Program-made: the position numbers and the translations under genes
Shown here: positions 23,801-34,091 of the stretch, piece after piece
Numbering within the stretch: the stretch's first letter is position 1
How the letters are laid out: each line of letters opens with the position of its first letter
Notes under the pieces: model-generated
Database searches by the model: none
Told to the model about the DNA's origin: nothing
Seen by the model: the letters and a program-made list of their open reading frames with translations, nothing else
Source of the DNA: Paramoeba atlantica
Lineage: Eukaryota; Protista; Discosea
NCBI GenBank assembly: GCA_977017575.1
Contig: CDRNVI010000139.1
Location: forward strand, 124,001 to 188,000
Length of the DNA stretch: 64,000 nucleotides
Direction: 5' to 3'

Positions 23801-25340
23801 CCAAAGGTTGCGGGTTCAAGTCCCGTTATCCACTTGTGACTTTTTTTTATCATTTTTTATTTTATTTTTCTTTCTTTTCTGTTCGACAACTTTTTTTACT
23901 TCTTTTTTTGACAAATGATTTTTATTATTTTTTATTTTCCACCCTCCACAAATAATAACCTTCGATTTTAATGAAAAACTTTTGTAAAATGTGGATATGG
24001 CGCAATGGTAGCGTGTTGGACTTCGGTTCCAAAGGTTGCGGGTTCAAGTCCCGTTATCCACTTTGACTTTTTTTTTCCATTTTGATTTTATTTTCTGTTC
24101 GACAACTTTTTTTCAATTCTTTTTTTTTCTCGTCTTCTTTTTTTCCTTTCTGACTTCTTCAAATTCTTCGAAGGTTCTGAAAACATATGACAAAGGCCAA
24201 GCAACAGGACAGTACCTTCTTCATACATATTTTAAGGTTCGCCCCAATGAGTTCTACGAAGCTCATTATCGCACATTTCAGACAAGTAATTCTCCTTTTT
24301 TATTTTTTTCCTTGCAAAAGAGTTGGAAAAATTCACACCTTTTTTTTCAAAGTGGGAATTTTAATTACAAATCGAAGAATAATTTTCATGGAAGTTCAAG
24401 AAGAAGTTGCCAGACGGATTGATGAACAACCATTGAGAGCAATCTCTTCAATTGGGTTCCATAAGGCTGCAACACAACAGACCCACTCAGCAATTGAATT
24501 CACCACAATTTCTCAAGAGAAAATGTCAATTCCATGCACAACAAAAACCCTTCAAGTCTCTTTCTGTTTCTCAAATTCTTCCCAGAATTTTTTTATATTT
24601 TGAAACCTGACCCTTTTTTTTTTTCATTTCAAGATCTACGAATCTCTCAGAAATCTCATCGAATCCCTCACGGGAAAACAACTCAAATTTGAGAGCCAAA
24701 AAGGTGCACCGCCTCCGGTCAGAAGATCAACAAGACCACCACCACAATCCCCAGCCTTGACCCTCTCAGATTCAGGAGATATTTTTAGTGAAGAACAACT
24801 GTCCTTTTCTTCTTCTTCTTCCCCCTCTCCTCTTAGGAGCTCTTTGGAAATTCAAGAGTCATATTTTGTGATTTATTCAGCTGTGAATCCCAACCTTGTT
24901 CTTGATTATCAAAAATATTCAAGTGATAAGGTGGAAGTTGTGAAATGTTTGGCAAGTGAATACAATCCAAAAAAGAAGTCACAACGATGGGTTGTGAAAC
25001 AAAGATCGATTGTGAGTCTTTGTTCTGGTCTTTCTTTGCGATTGTTAAAAACACCTTCTGGAAACCCAACTTTACGTCTTTCTGATTGCACCCCAACTCA
25101 GGTCTAGTTTTTTTCTCGAAAAGAATATTTTCATTTCTCTCTCTTTTTCCTCAAAAAAAATAATCTCACAAAAAAAAATAGAGATTTTCATTTCAAAAAA
25201 ATGAATGGACTTCGATTGTGACTGGAGAGTATGCATTGGAAGTACAACAACATCAATCCCAATCAGAGACCACATTTGTCACTGTTGCACATTCAAATGG
25301 GCAACCAAACCAACTCTTTCGTTTTGTAGGGGTTGAGTAA
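8830..25340 (+). CDS. VPS13: VPS13 family lipid-transfer protein with many introns; carries an inserted ubiquitin-like domain and a C-terminal ricin-type domain
   Basis: Chorein-N MFEKVVSGVLSRYLGKYIEGL, YNRQHGVWEPLIEKW, VAB repeats (YWLVNKTGLPL, FAPRYVLVN), DLQIDNQL, ATG2-C GGLAMGVASGVTGLVTKPASGAL, PH LITNRRIIF. Stop TAA at 25338-25340. Confidence 0.93.
19748..19862 (+). tRNA. tRNA-Leu(CAA) with a 34-nt intron (19786-19819), inside a VPS13 intron
   Basis: Acceptor GGTTGGG/CTCAACC+A, anticodon arm CCAGA-CT-CAA-G..T-TCTGG, long variable arm, GGTTCGAATCC T-loop, oligo-T terminator immediately downstream. Confidence 0.93.
23395..23466 (+). tRNA. tRNA-Arg(UCG), copy 1 of 4
   Basis: 72-nt cloverleaf: GTGGATA/TATCCAC acceptor, TTGGA-CTTCGGT-TCCAA anticodon arm, GCGGG-TTCAAGT-CCCGT T arm. 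Confidence 0.92.
23587..23658 (+). tRNA. tRNA-Arg(UCG), copy 2 of 4
   Basis: Identical in sequence to copy 1. Confidence 0.92.
23763..23834 (+). tRNA. tRNA-Arg(UCG), copy 3 of 4
   Basis: Identical in sequence to copy 1. Confidence 0.92.
23991..24062 (+). tRNA. tRNA-Arg(UCG), copy 4 of 4
   Basis: Identical in sequence to copy 1. Confidence 0.92.
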
Positions 25341-25447
25341 ACAAGTTAAGAGAGAATTTTATTTGTTTTTTCTGAAAGAAATAGCTTTTGTTTGAATTTT
25401 GGGGCTGAGCATTCATTTGAGCTCAAAAATCTCTTTTTTTAACAAAA

Positions 25448-25463
25448 GCCGAAATAGCTCAGC

Positions 25464-25495
<32 letters not shown>

Positions 25496-25520
25496 ACGTG
25501 TTCGATCCACGTTTTCGGCA
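25448..25520 (+). tRNA. tRNA-Phe(GAA)
   Basis: 73-nt cloverleaf GCCGAAATAGCTCAGCTGGGAGAGCGTCAGACTGAAGATCTGAAGGTC...TTCGGCA, followed by T-runs. Confidence 0.96.
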
Positions 25521-25539
25521 TTATTTTTTTTATTTTTTT

Positions 25540-27953
25540 TTAATTTTTTTTGGTTGCGAAAACGGAGAGAAAGAAACACAGAGCTGAAAGAAAATTCGAA
25601 AAAAAATTCTGTTTTTGCTTCTTTTTTTTTATCTCTTCCACACAATGTATGTTTGTTTTGTTTGTTATCCTTTGCCTCCAATCAATCCCAAAAAAAATCC
25701 TGTTGTCTTCAGGAAAAGTGTCTGGCAAGTAAAATAATAGAAGAGACTGTCTCCTCTTAAGAGACCATCTGAAGACCATCTCAATCTTCTTGATTTGGTC
25801 CGGTAAATTATCTCAATCATCCCCACTGACTCCAATTAACATTTTCTTCAACCAAGAATCCATTTTCGTCAACCAAAAAGAGGGCGCGATTTTTTTTTGA
25901 AGGTGAAAAACCGAGTTGGTAACCAAGCTGGATTTCAACTGATGATTTCATCCCGGCTAGAAGAGAAACAAAGAGGATCAAAGGAGGACCTCCTGAGAAA
26001 AAGAGATAAAAAAAGAAGAAAAAACCTAGTCCTTTCTTGCAGTGACTTAAAAAGATAAGATCACGAATCACGAGTGATCCTTCGAGCATTTTCTTTTCAA
26101 TTTTTGGTCTTCTTCTTAATTTTTGACCAGAGTAAAAATGGATGTAATCCACTTTTTCAGGATGTCTGTGTGTGGATTTCAATTTAATTTTGAAAAAATC
26201 GAAATTAAAACTTTGAAGTTGGAAAAGGGATTCAGAAGTAAAACAAAAACCTCGATAAAGAACGAGATTGTTGAAGTGGAATTGGAAAAATAGTCACAAA
26301 ATCCTGAGGATGAGCAAAATAAAGTGTATTCTGTATCCTAAATATAAAAATAGATTAAAAAAAATTTGATTTTGAAAGTACTTTGAAAAACAAAAAAAAA
26401 AAAGGAAAGAAACCTATTTCGTGTTCGAGTTGCAAAAGCAGTTGAAAGAACTGTAGGATCATCTGAAATCAAAATCGCAGTTTTTGGAGTAGATTCAACT
26501 GACTCTTGAATTTTCTTTTCAACAATTTTCAAAAATCCTTCTTCGTTTGCTTTTGGCGAAGATTCTTCCACCATTCCAAAATCCTCTAAATAATAGTTCT
26601 CAGAAACAGCTCCCTTTTCTTCCTTCTCAATCGGAGTCTTTTCCTTTGTATCAGAAACCAAATAATAGATTCCAAAAGGTGGTTCAACCTTTCGAACTTT
26701 GTTCTTCTCATCAATTTTTTTCTTTTCATTAACCATCCGATCTTCAATTAGTTCATTTTCACGAACAAATGATTTATAACTTGAAGAAATCCACAATTTG
26801 ACAAATTCATTTGGACGGACAATGTATCGAATCAATTGACTCCTCCACAGAAGAAGTTGGTCAAGAGAATGCCCTTCTTCTGTTTGACCTGAGATGAGAA
26901 ATTTGCTCTTCTCATTCAAAAATTTGAAAAGAAGAAGAGGATTCGAGGCAATCAAAACTAAGAGATTTGTCAATAAAAATAAATTATGGAGATAAAGAGT
27001 GTTGGAATAATAAAAAAACCTCTTTGTTTTTGAATAGTATTTGGTTCAAAAGGAACTTGTAATTCAATTTTTCCGACATCCTTTGGAGAACAACTGGTAA
27101 ATGACTCAAAATAACTATCCAACCCTGATAATAAAAATCAATAAATCTACACTCAAATATAAAAAGAGTTGAAAGAGAGAGAGAGAGAGAGAGGAGAGAA
27201 CCAACTCCTTCTTCACTATAGATCCACCCTCCAACTGGAACAACAGTTCTTCTCAATAAGAAAGCAGTCGCCAAAGCCGCTTGTAACCACCCAATTTCAC
27301 GAGCAAATGATTCGTTTCGAAAAGGCCATAACTTTGAAAGTTGAGTTGAATCAAAATGTGGAGATTGAGAAAATGAAAAGAAAGAGAGAAAAGAAAGAAA
27401 AAAACCAAAAGTGGAGTTGTGAGGCAATTTTTGGGATGTTGGAGTTGGTAAATCTCTTTTAGTCTTTGTCGATTGATTATTGGTAACGGTTTTGGTTCAC
27501 CTTTTTGGAGAATTCTTCCAACCCAACTAAATTTCTTCGTTGAGATTACTTTGAAAAAAAGGAAGAAAGAGAATCATCTTTGAAAAAAAGAGAAAACCTT
27601 TCGATTCCATTGTCATTTTCCCAAGCAACATTACACGTTTGATCAAAACCCTTCAAGAAAAAAAAAAGTTCAGTCGACCAAAACACAACAAAAACCCCAA
27701 AACAACTTTTTCAAACCGAAGATGAAGGGAGATAATGTCGAAGGATCTCTTGATGATCTAAGAAGTAACTTGGATCAAAAGAAATCGAAGCACACACTCT
27801 TGAACTCGGCAAAGAAAAAGAAAAAACAACAACAACACAAAACAACAACCACATCCGCCTCAAAAAAAAAAAACGAAAAAAACCCAAAAAAAAAATCAAA
27901 AAAGGCGAAAAACCGCTCCATTTTTTGGGGGGGGGACACTTTTTTGTGGACAC
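25540..27953 (-). CDS. Putative type II membrane glycosyltransferase of the fucosyltransferase superfamily (POFUT/NodZ-FUT8-like); 3' end uncertain
   Basis: N-terminal hydrophobic anchor (RRMWLLFCVVVVFSFSL), LQAALATAFLLRRTVVP, AILISDD and IRDLIFLSHCK resemble fucosyltransferase motifs. Exons stitched by hand. Confidence 0.5.
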
Positions 27954-28039
27954 CTTTTTCTTTTTTGCTTTTTCTTGTTTGGTGGTTTTTTCTCTCTTTT
28001 TCTCTTTTTGACTAAGTTTAAATATTATTACGGACCATA

Positions 28040-28740
28040 ATGTCCCAACCCTCCACCTCTACCCCCTCTCAGCCAATGCCCATAGTGTTTGGTTATTGCT
28101 CAAAGCAGCTGGAATTGAGCATAAAATCAACAATGTGGATATCATGAAGGGGGATCAGATGAAACCAGAGTTTCTTGCAAAGTTTCCTCTCCATCACATT
28201 CCAGCCTTCGAAGATGGAGATGTTTGTTTGGGTGAAGGACCTGCAATTCTCCGATATATTTGCTTTCGATGGCCTGAAAAAACTCAAAAGTACCTCCCTC
28301 TCAATCCAAAAGATCGAGCTCTCACAGAATTTGCGATGGATTGGCGCCACACTGAGTTTTACAGAAGCATGACTCCTGTCGTTTATCCTCATCTCGGAAT
28401 TGGTAATCAATCAAAGGAAGAACAAGATGCCTCTTTCGAAACTTTCAAGATCCAACTTGGCCATTTGGAGAACCTATTTTTGAAAGACAGAAAATTTATT
28501 GGTGGAGATAACCCTTCAATTGGTGATCTCGCTGTGGCCACAGTCTTCCCATTCTTCGAAGTTTCAGTTCTCCGTGAAGATGGGGGTATCAAATTATCAG
28601 ATCGTCTCCAAAAGTACCGAGATGATTTCAGTGAGGCCTTTCCACAATGGCAAGAAATTGTTGATAGTGGAGCCGAACTCAAATATGGAATCAAAATGTA
28701 CATCGCACAACAAATCGCAAAAGAGAAAGAGAAAAAATAA
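28040..28740 (+). CDS. Glutathione S-transferase (theta/phi-like); the ATG at 28040 is one base out of frame with the body
   Basis: TLHLYPLSANAHSVWLLLK, FLAKFPLHHIPAFEDGDVCLGEGPAILRY, FIGGDNPSIGDL. Confidence 0.88.
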
Positions 28741-28884
28741 ATTTCTTTTTTGTCGTTTAAAACTCTTCTTTTTCCATGAACAAGGAGTCTTGAATAAGGT
28801 GTGTGTGTGTGAAACCTCCATCATCTTTGAATAAATAATCCTCGAATAAAAAAAAATCCCTGGTGTTTTTTCGAATTATAAAAA

Positions 28885-29665
28885 TTACCCCCTCTTTGCT
28901 GGTTTGATTGAACATGTCGTTGGAACATCCTAGAAAAAAAAGGACTTAACGATTAGTTTGTTTTGTTTGTTTGTGGGAAATGAAATACAAACAATTCTGA
29001 CAACTCCGCTCATACAACAACCAACCAAAACTCGAAATCCATCTTTCCATTTTTCCCCTTTCAATGAAAAAGCGTGCTCAAAAGAGTTGTTGACATAAAT
29101 CTCGAGTTTTCTTTCTGAAGTCTTCGCGACAATCTGTCCCCCAGAAAAAACAATGAGATCTTTTGTTTTTTTTTAAGTCCCTCCAAATCAACACAAAAGG
29201 AAAAACCTCAACATCCTTGTCGTGCATTTTGAGTTGAAGAGCCTTTTTTCCACGAGAAAAGAAGTCTGGAGTCCTTGCAGCAGCTGAAACTTCTTTTTCA
29301 ATGGAAATTGCTGGTCCATCATCGGTCCACTCCCCAAGATACTCTTCTGTTTTGAGAGGCACAGCACCACAAACCCAAAAACTATTTCCTGTAAGAACTC
29401 GAAATGACCACCGAATATCTCTGAAATTATGGTGAGATTTTTCAAAAGAAAAGAGAGGAAACAAAAGAGAAACAAAAATTGTTGACCCACAATCAAACGA
29501 GTCCACAACGGGATTCAAACATAAGGGAAGAGGTCCACCAGGAAAATTTGCAAACAATAAGATCTTCTCCTCCTTAACCTCTTCTTTGAAGGAGACGCAT
29601 GGAGCAGTAAAATCAAAATTGATCAAGTGTTTTGTGTTGGGCAAGACATCTCCTTTGTCTCCCAT
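28885..29665 (-). CDS. SPRY/concanavalin-like beta-sandwich protein, 4 exons, ending TTCSIKPAKRG*
   Basis: Three GT-AG introns give one continuous frame containing IRWSFRV..FWVCGAVP and RKLEIYVNN. Last intron 28930-28992, last exon 28885-28929. The fold call is by resemblance only. Confidence 0.55.
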
Positions 29666-29870
29666 CTTAAACCGAACAAGAGAAAAGCAATAACAAACAA
29701 CAAACAAACAACAAACAACAAACAAGAACAGGAATCAACGAACAAAAAAATAGCGCTCTAAAAAACACACACCATTTCTCTTTTGCCCACTTCTTCTTCT
29801 CTCTCTCTTCGCTCTCTTTGGAGAAAAGGAAAGAAATAACATTTGAATTGAATTGTTTGTGTTAAAATCT

Positions 29871-31073
29871 CTATTCACATTTTCGAAAAGGAGCTCGATT
29901 TTTAATTAACTCCTCACTCTTTTGAAATAAGTATTCACGTTCTGATTCCTTCCATGCCTCAGTTGCCAGAGTAGCATTGGTCCAATAAAGCAGATAATGT
30001 GTCTTGGGGATATTTGGTGCGATTGAAAGATACCCAACTGGAAGAGCACTTTCCTCTGGAGTTTTGAAGGTCCAGTCCATAAGAAAAGAAAGTGGTACTT
30101 GCAACCACGATGGTGCACTTCGGGCAATGTCAGTGTTGACGGGTCCCTAAAAACAGACAAGACAGATGAGCAAACACAATTAAAAAAAGAGAAGATAAAA
30201 AAGAGGGACAAAAAAAGAAAAAAGAGATACCGGATCATACAAAAAAATATCAATATTTTGTTGTTGTTGTTGTTCAAGACGAGAAGAGAACTCAACAGCA
30301 TAAGTTGCAAGACAAATCTTACTGTGTGCATATCGTTCCAAAGAACCAGCCACACCATACTCTTTCACACATCCAATATCTTCTTCTTTCAGAGGATTGG
30401 CCATTCGATGCATTTCCGAGATTACAAAAATGACTCTGGAAGGCCAAGAACCGTCTTGTCGGATAATCGAAGAAGAGAGGAGGAGTTGAGAAAGATGGAA
30501 ATGACCGAGATAGTTCACCCCAAAAGATTCCTCGAAACCATCTTTTGTCAACCGAGTCTCAGAAGGAACAACTGCAGCATTGAAGATCACAACATCCAAA
30601 AGAATTTCATGTTTTAAAAATCTTTCAACACATTTTTCAATCGATGAAAGATCAGATAAATCGAGTGGCCAGAGTTCTGCAGATCCATAATCGCTCACAG
30701 ACACTGAAGCAATATGAGAAGATTTTGCAAATGAATCTAAAATCAGTTCTTCAGCAGTTTTTTGGGGATCTCCAGATCGCTGTCCCAGATAAACATGACA
30801 TCCAAGAGATATCAACTCAGAAGCAATGCTCTTTCCCAAACCTCGACTTGTCCCTGTCACAAAACAATTCTTGCCTTTCAGTGGAAAACTTGGTGATGTA
30901 ATTCCATCAACCATCGTAGAAGAAAGAGATTGATAGATTGGAGTCATTCGAGACGAATCACCCCAGGAAGACCAACTGCTCTGAATCCCAAGAACGATTG
31001 TTTCCAAAAAGACCCCACCTCCCAACAACAAACCGACCACCAAAATCCCCAGACAAAGAAAAGTGGTCGACAT
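29871..31073 (-). CDS. Short-chain dehydrogenase/reductase (retinol dehydrogenase/WWOX-like) with an N-terminal membrane anchor
   Basis: TGTSRGLG, NAAV, FGVNYLGHF and the YAHSK catalytic motif. Confidence 0.9.
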
Positions 31074-31426
31074 CACTTTCAAAACTCAACAAAACAAAGA
31101 GAACAAGGTTGAAAAAAAACAATCACAAATCAAAAAACCCAATTCAAAAGAAAAAAAAAGAAGAAGAGAACACTTCAAATCGACAGATTCATTCCCCACC
31201 CTGAACCACAGAAAGGAAAAAAAGAAGAACAAAAAAAATCGCACTACTCAATTCCAAAGTAATAAATGGATTTTTGTCTCATGTTTTCTCAATAAAATTC
31301 ACCAAAAGACTGACCCCTCTTTTCTTTTTCTTTCTCTTTCTCTTCTTTGCGCTCTCAAACTTTTCTGTCTTCTCTTTCTCCCCTTCATTCGAGAAGAATT
31401 GACCGTATTTTTTTTGAGGGGGTGTG

Positions 31427-31849
31427 ATGGCCAGTGAAGATTTTATCCCAAAAATTTTGGTCAATGATGTATGGGGTTTTGTGGGAGCGTTGAAAGAGCG
31501 GACCAAGTTCAAGTATATTTTCCAATCAGAAAAGGGAAACGAGATTGTTGATGGCCTTCTCTTTCTCTTCTTACCTACTGACCTTGATTTAGAGGAAGAG
31601 AGAGAACTTGCGAAAAAGCAATTTCGAGAAATTTATTCTCTTGTGTCAAATGAGATTTTTTGTATCTGTATTAGCACTGAAGGGTATGATGCTGCACGTT
31701 TGGAAGAAGATCTTGAACTGAAAAAACTTGGTTGTCCATACACTCTCTTGACTTCTTCGTTCTTTGAACCTGAAACCTATGAAAATATTTCTTCTTGGTT
31801 TCAAAAGCACATCAATGAAAGTTGCTCAATCAAACCTGCGAAACGTTAA
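31427..31849 (+). CDS. Small protein, paralogue 1 of 3; Ras-like fold lacking the P-loop (inferred); ends SCSIKPAKR*
   Basis: Intronless ORF with an in-frame stop at 31415-31417 upstream. KILVNDVWG, VDGLLFL and LGCPYTLLTSS align by eye to G3, beta4 and G5 of small GTPases. Confidence 0.65.
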   Translation: MASEDFIPKILVNDVWGFVGALKERTKFKYIFQSEKGNEIVDGLLFLFLPTDLDLEEERELAKKQFREIYSLVSNEIFCICISTEGYDAARLEEDLELKKLGCPYTLLTSSFFEPETYENISSWFQKHINESCSIKPAKR

Positions 31850-32028
31850 AAATGAATCCAAAGTAATAAATGGATTTTTATCTCATTTTCTTCACAAAAT
31901 TCACCAAAAAAAGACCCCTCTTTTTCTTTTTCTTTCTCTTTCGCTTCTTTGCGCTCTCAAACTTTTCTGTCTTCTCTTTCTCCCCTTCATTAGAGAAGAA
32001 TTGATCGTATTTTTTTTGAGGGGATGTG

Positions 32029-32457
32029 ATGGCCAGTGAAGATTTTATTCCAAAAATTTTGGTCAATGATGGATGGGGTTTTACAGTGAATACGTTGAAA
32101 GAGCGGACCAAGTTCAAGTATATTTTCCAATCAGAAAAGGGAAACGAGATTGTTGATGGCCTTCTCTTCTTACTTGATGACTTTGATTTAGAGGAAGATC
32201 CAGAACTTGTGAAAGAGCAATTTCGAGAAATTTATTCTCTTGTGTCAAATGAGATTTCTTGTGTCTGTATTTGGCTTGAAGACTGTGATGCTGCTCAGGC
32301 ATCACGTTTGGAAGAATATCTTGAACTGAAAAAACTTGGTTGTCCATACACTATCTTGACGTCTTCATTCTTTGAATCTGAAACCTTTAAAACTATTTCT
32401 TCTTGGTTTCAAAAGCATATCAATGAAAGTTGCTCAATCAAACCTGCGAAACGTTAA
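32029..32457 (+). CDS. Small protein, paralogue 2 of 3
   Basis: Highly similar to 31427-31849 with an open frame and the same C-terminus. Confidence 0.65.
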   Translation: MASEDFIPKILVNDGWGFTVNTLKERTKFKYIFQSEKGNEIVDGLLFLLDDFDLEEDPELVKEQFREIYSLVSNEISCVCIWLEDCDAAQASRLEEYLELKKLGCPYTILTSSFFESETFKTISSWFQKHINESCSIKPAKR

Positions 32458-33393
32458 AAACCCTTCGATCGAAGACATACAGAATCAAAAAGTATTTCTT
32501 TTTTGTCTCTTCAATTTTGTTTTTGGGTTCTTTGGGTATGGAAAGAAAAGAAATTCTTCTGTCAGATCGACTGGATCTCAGGAGAGACGGACAAAACAAA
32601 AGCAAAGCCAAACCAAAGATCAAATCGAAAATGTAGATTTATTCAAGGAAACAAACAAGGTGAACATTTGCTCAAGAGAGAGAAATGTGAGGGCAGTGAA
32701 AAGACAGTTGAGATGTGATCGTGACAAGAATAAAAAGGGACATAAAAACAGCGTTTTTGTGGAAGGAAACAAGGACAAAATCAAATCAGGAAGGGATAAA
32801 ATAAACATCAGGAAAAATAGGAAAAGGGAAAATAATACAAGGGGAAAAATACAACAGAAAAAGGGAAAAGAGAGAAAGAGCAGTGATCAATCGGAGGAGC
32901 GGAGCGACAGGATGGCATCAAATTGAATAGAAGACAACCGAACAGGGTTCGTAACATCTTCTTGAACCATCAACTTGTGGGGATGTTCATTCGAACTCCC
33001 ATCTCTTTCTTTTTGTCTTTTCATCGCTGGAGAAAACAAGCAAAGTAAGAATCTCTCCAATGATGTTCAGTCCACTCTCCTCCTTCCCACCATCAAAAAA
33101 CCCAATTCAAAAGAAAAAAAGAAGAAGAGAACACTTCAAATCGACAGAGCCATTCCCATCCCCAATGAACCACAGAAAGGAAAAAAGAGGAACAACAAAA
33201 AAAATCGCACTGCTCAATTCCAAAGTAATAAATGGATTTTTATCTCATGTTTTCTCAATAAAATTCACCAAAAAGACTGACTCCTCTTTTTCTTTTTCTT
33301 TTTCCTTCTCTTTCGCTTCTTTGCGCTCTCAAACTTTTCTGTCTTCTCTTCTCCCCTTCATTCGAAAAGAATTGACCATAATTTTTTGATGTG

Positions 33394-33816
33394 ATGGCCA
33401 GTGAATATTTTATCCCAAAAATTTTGGTCAATGATGGATGGGGTTATAGTGTGTCAATGTTGAGAGATCGGACCAAGCTCGAGTATATTATCCAATCAGA
33501 GAAGGGAAACGAGATTGTTCATGGCCTTCTCTTCTTCCCTGGTCGATTCTATCTTTTAGAGAAGGGAGATCTTATGAAACAATTTCGAGAAGTTTACTCT
33601 CTGTCAAATGAGATTTCTTGTGTCTGTATTTGGATTGACGACGGTGATGCTGCTCAGGCAGCACATGTGGAAGAAGATCTTGAACTGAAAAAACTTGGTT
33701 GTCCATACACTATCTTGACTACTTCAATTTTTCTACCTGATACCTTTAAAACTCTCTCTTCTTGGTTTCAAAAGCACATCAAGGAAAGTTGCTCAATCAA
33801 ACCTGCGAAACGTTAA
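33394..33816 (+). CDS. Small protein, paralogue 3 of 3
   Basis: More diverged copy, open frame retained, ends ESCSIKPAKR*. Confidence 0.65.
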   Translation: MASEYFIPKILVNDGWGYSVSMLRDRTKLEYIIQSEKGNEIVHGLLFFPGRFYLLEKGDLMKQFREVYSLSNEISCVCIWIDDGDAAQAAHVEEDLELKKLGCPYTILTTSIFLPDTFKTLSSWFQKHIKESCSIKPAKR

Positions 33817-34091
33817 AAACCCTTCGATCGAAGACACACAGAATCAAAAAGTTTTTCTTTTTGACTCTCTTCAATTTTGTTTTTGGGTTCTTTGGGTATG
33901 GAAAGAAAAGAAATTCTTCTTGAACCATCAACTTGTGGGGATGTTCATTCGAACTCCCATCTCTTTCTTTTTGTCTTTTCATCGCTGGAGAAAACAAGCA
34001 AGTAATAATCTCTCCAATGATGCTCAGTCCACTCTCCTCCTTCCCACCATTCACTGAAGACCCAAATTAAAAATAAACAATTTGGGAATTT

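Larger units (their letters stand above)
31131..34050. repeat. Nested tandem segmental duplications carrying the three small paralogues
   Basis: The upstream block from about 31131 recurs at about 33094; about 31255-31855 recurs at about 31856-32457; 32458-33090 recurs at 33817-34050 minus 402 bp. Confidence 0.88.

Noticed and set aside
23395-24062. CRISPR-like look (identical repeats with variable spacers)
   Set aside because: The repeats are 72-nt tRNA cloverleaves in a eukaryotic intron, the spacers are homologous to each other, and there are no cas genes.
32880-33040. Short minus-strand ORF MKRQKERDGSSNEHPHKL (also near 33980)
   Set aside because: Short, truncated differently in the two duplicate copies, and with no recognisable domain.
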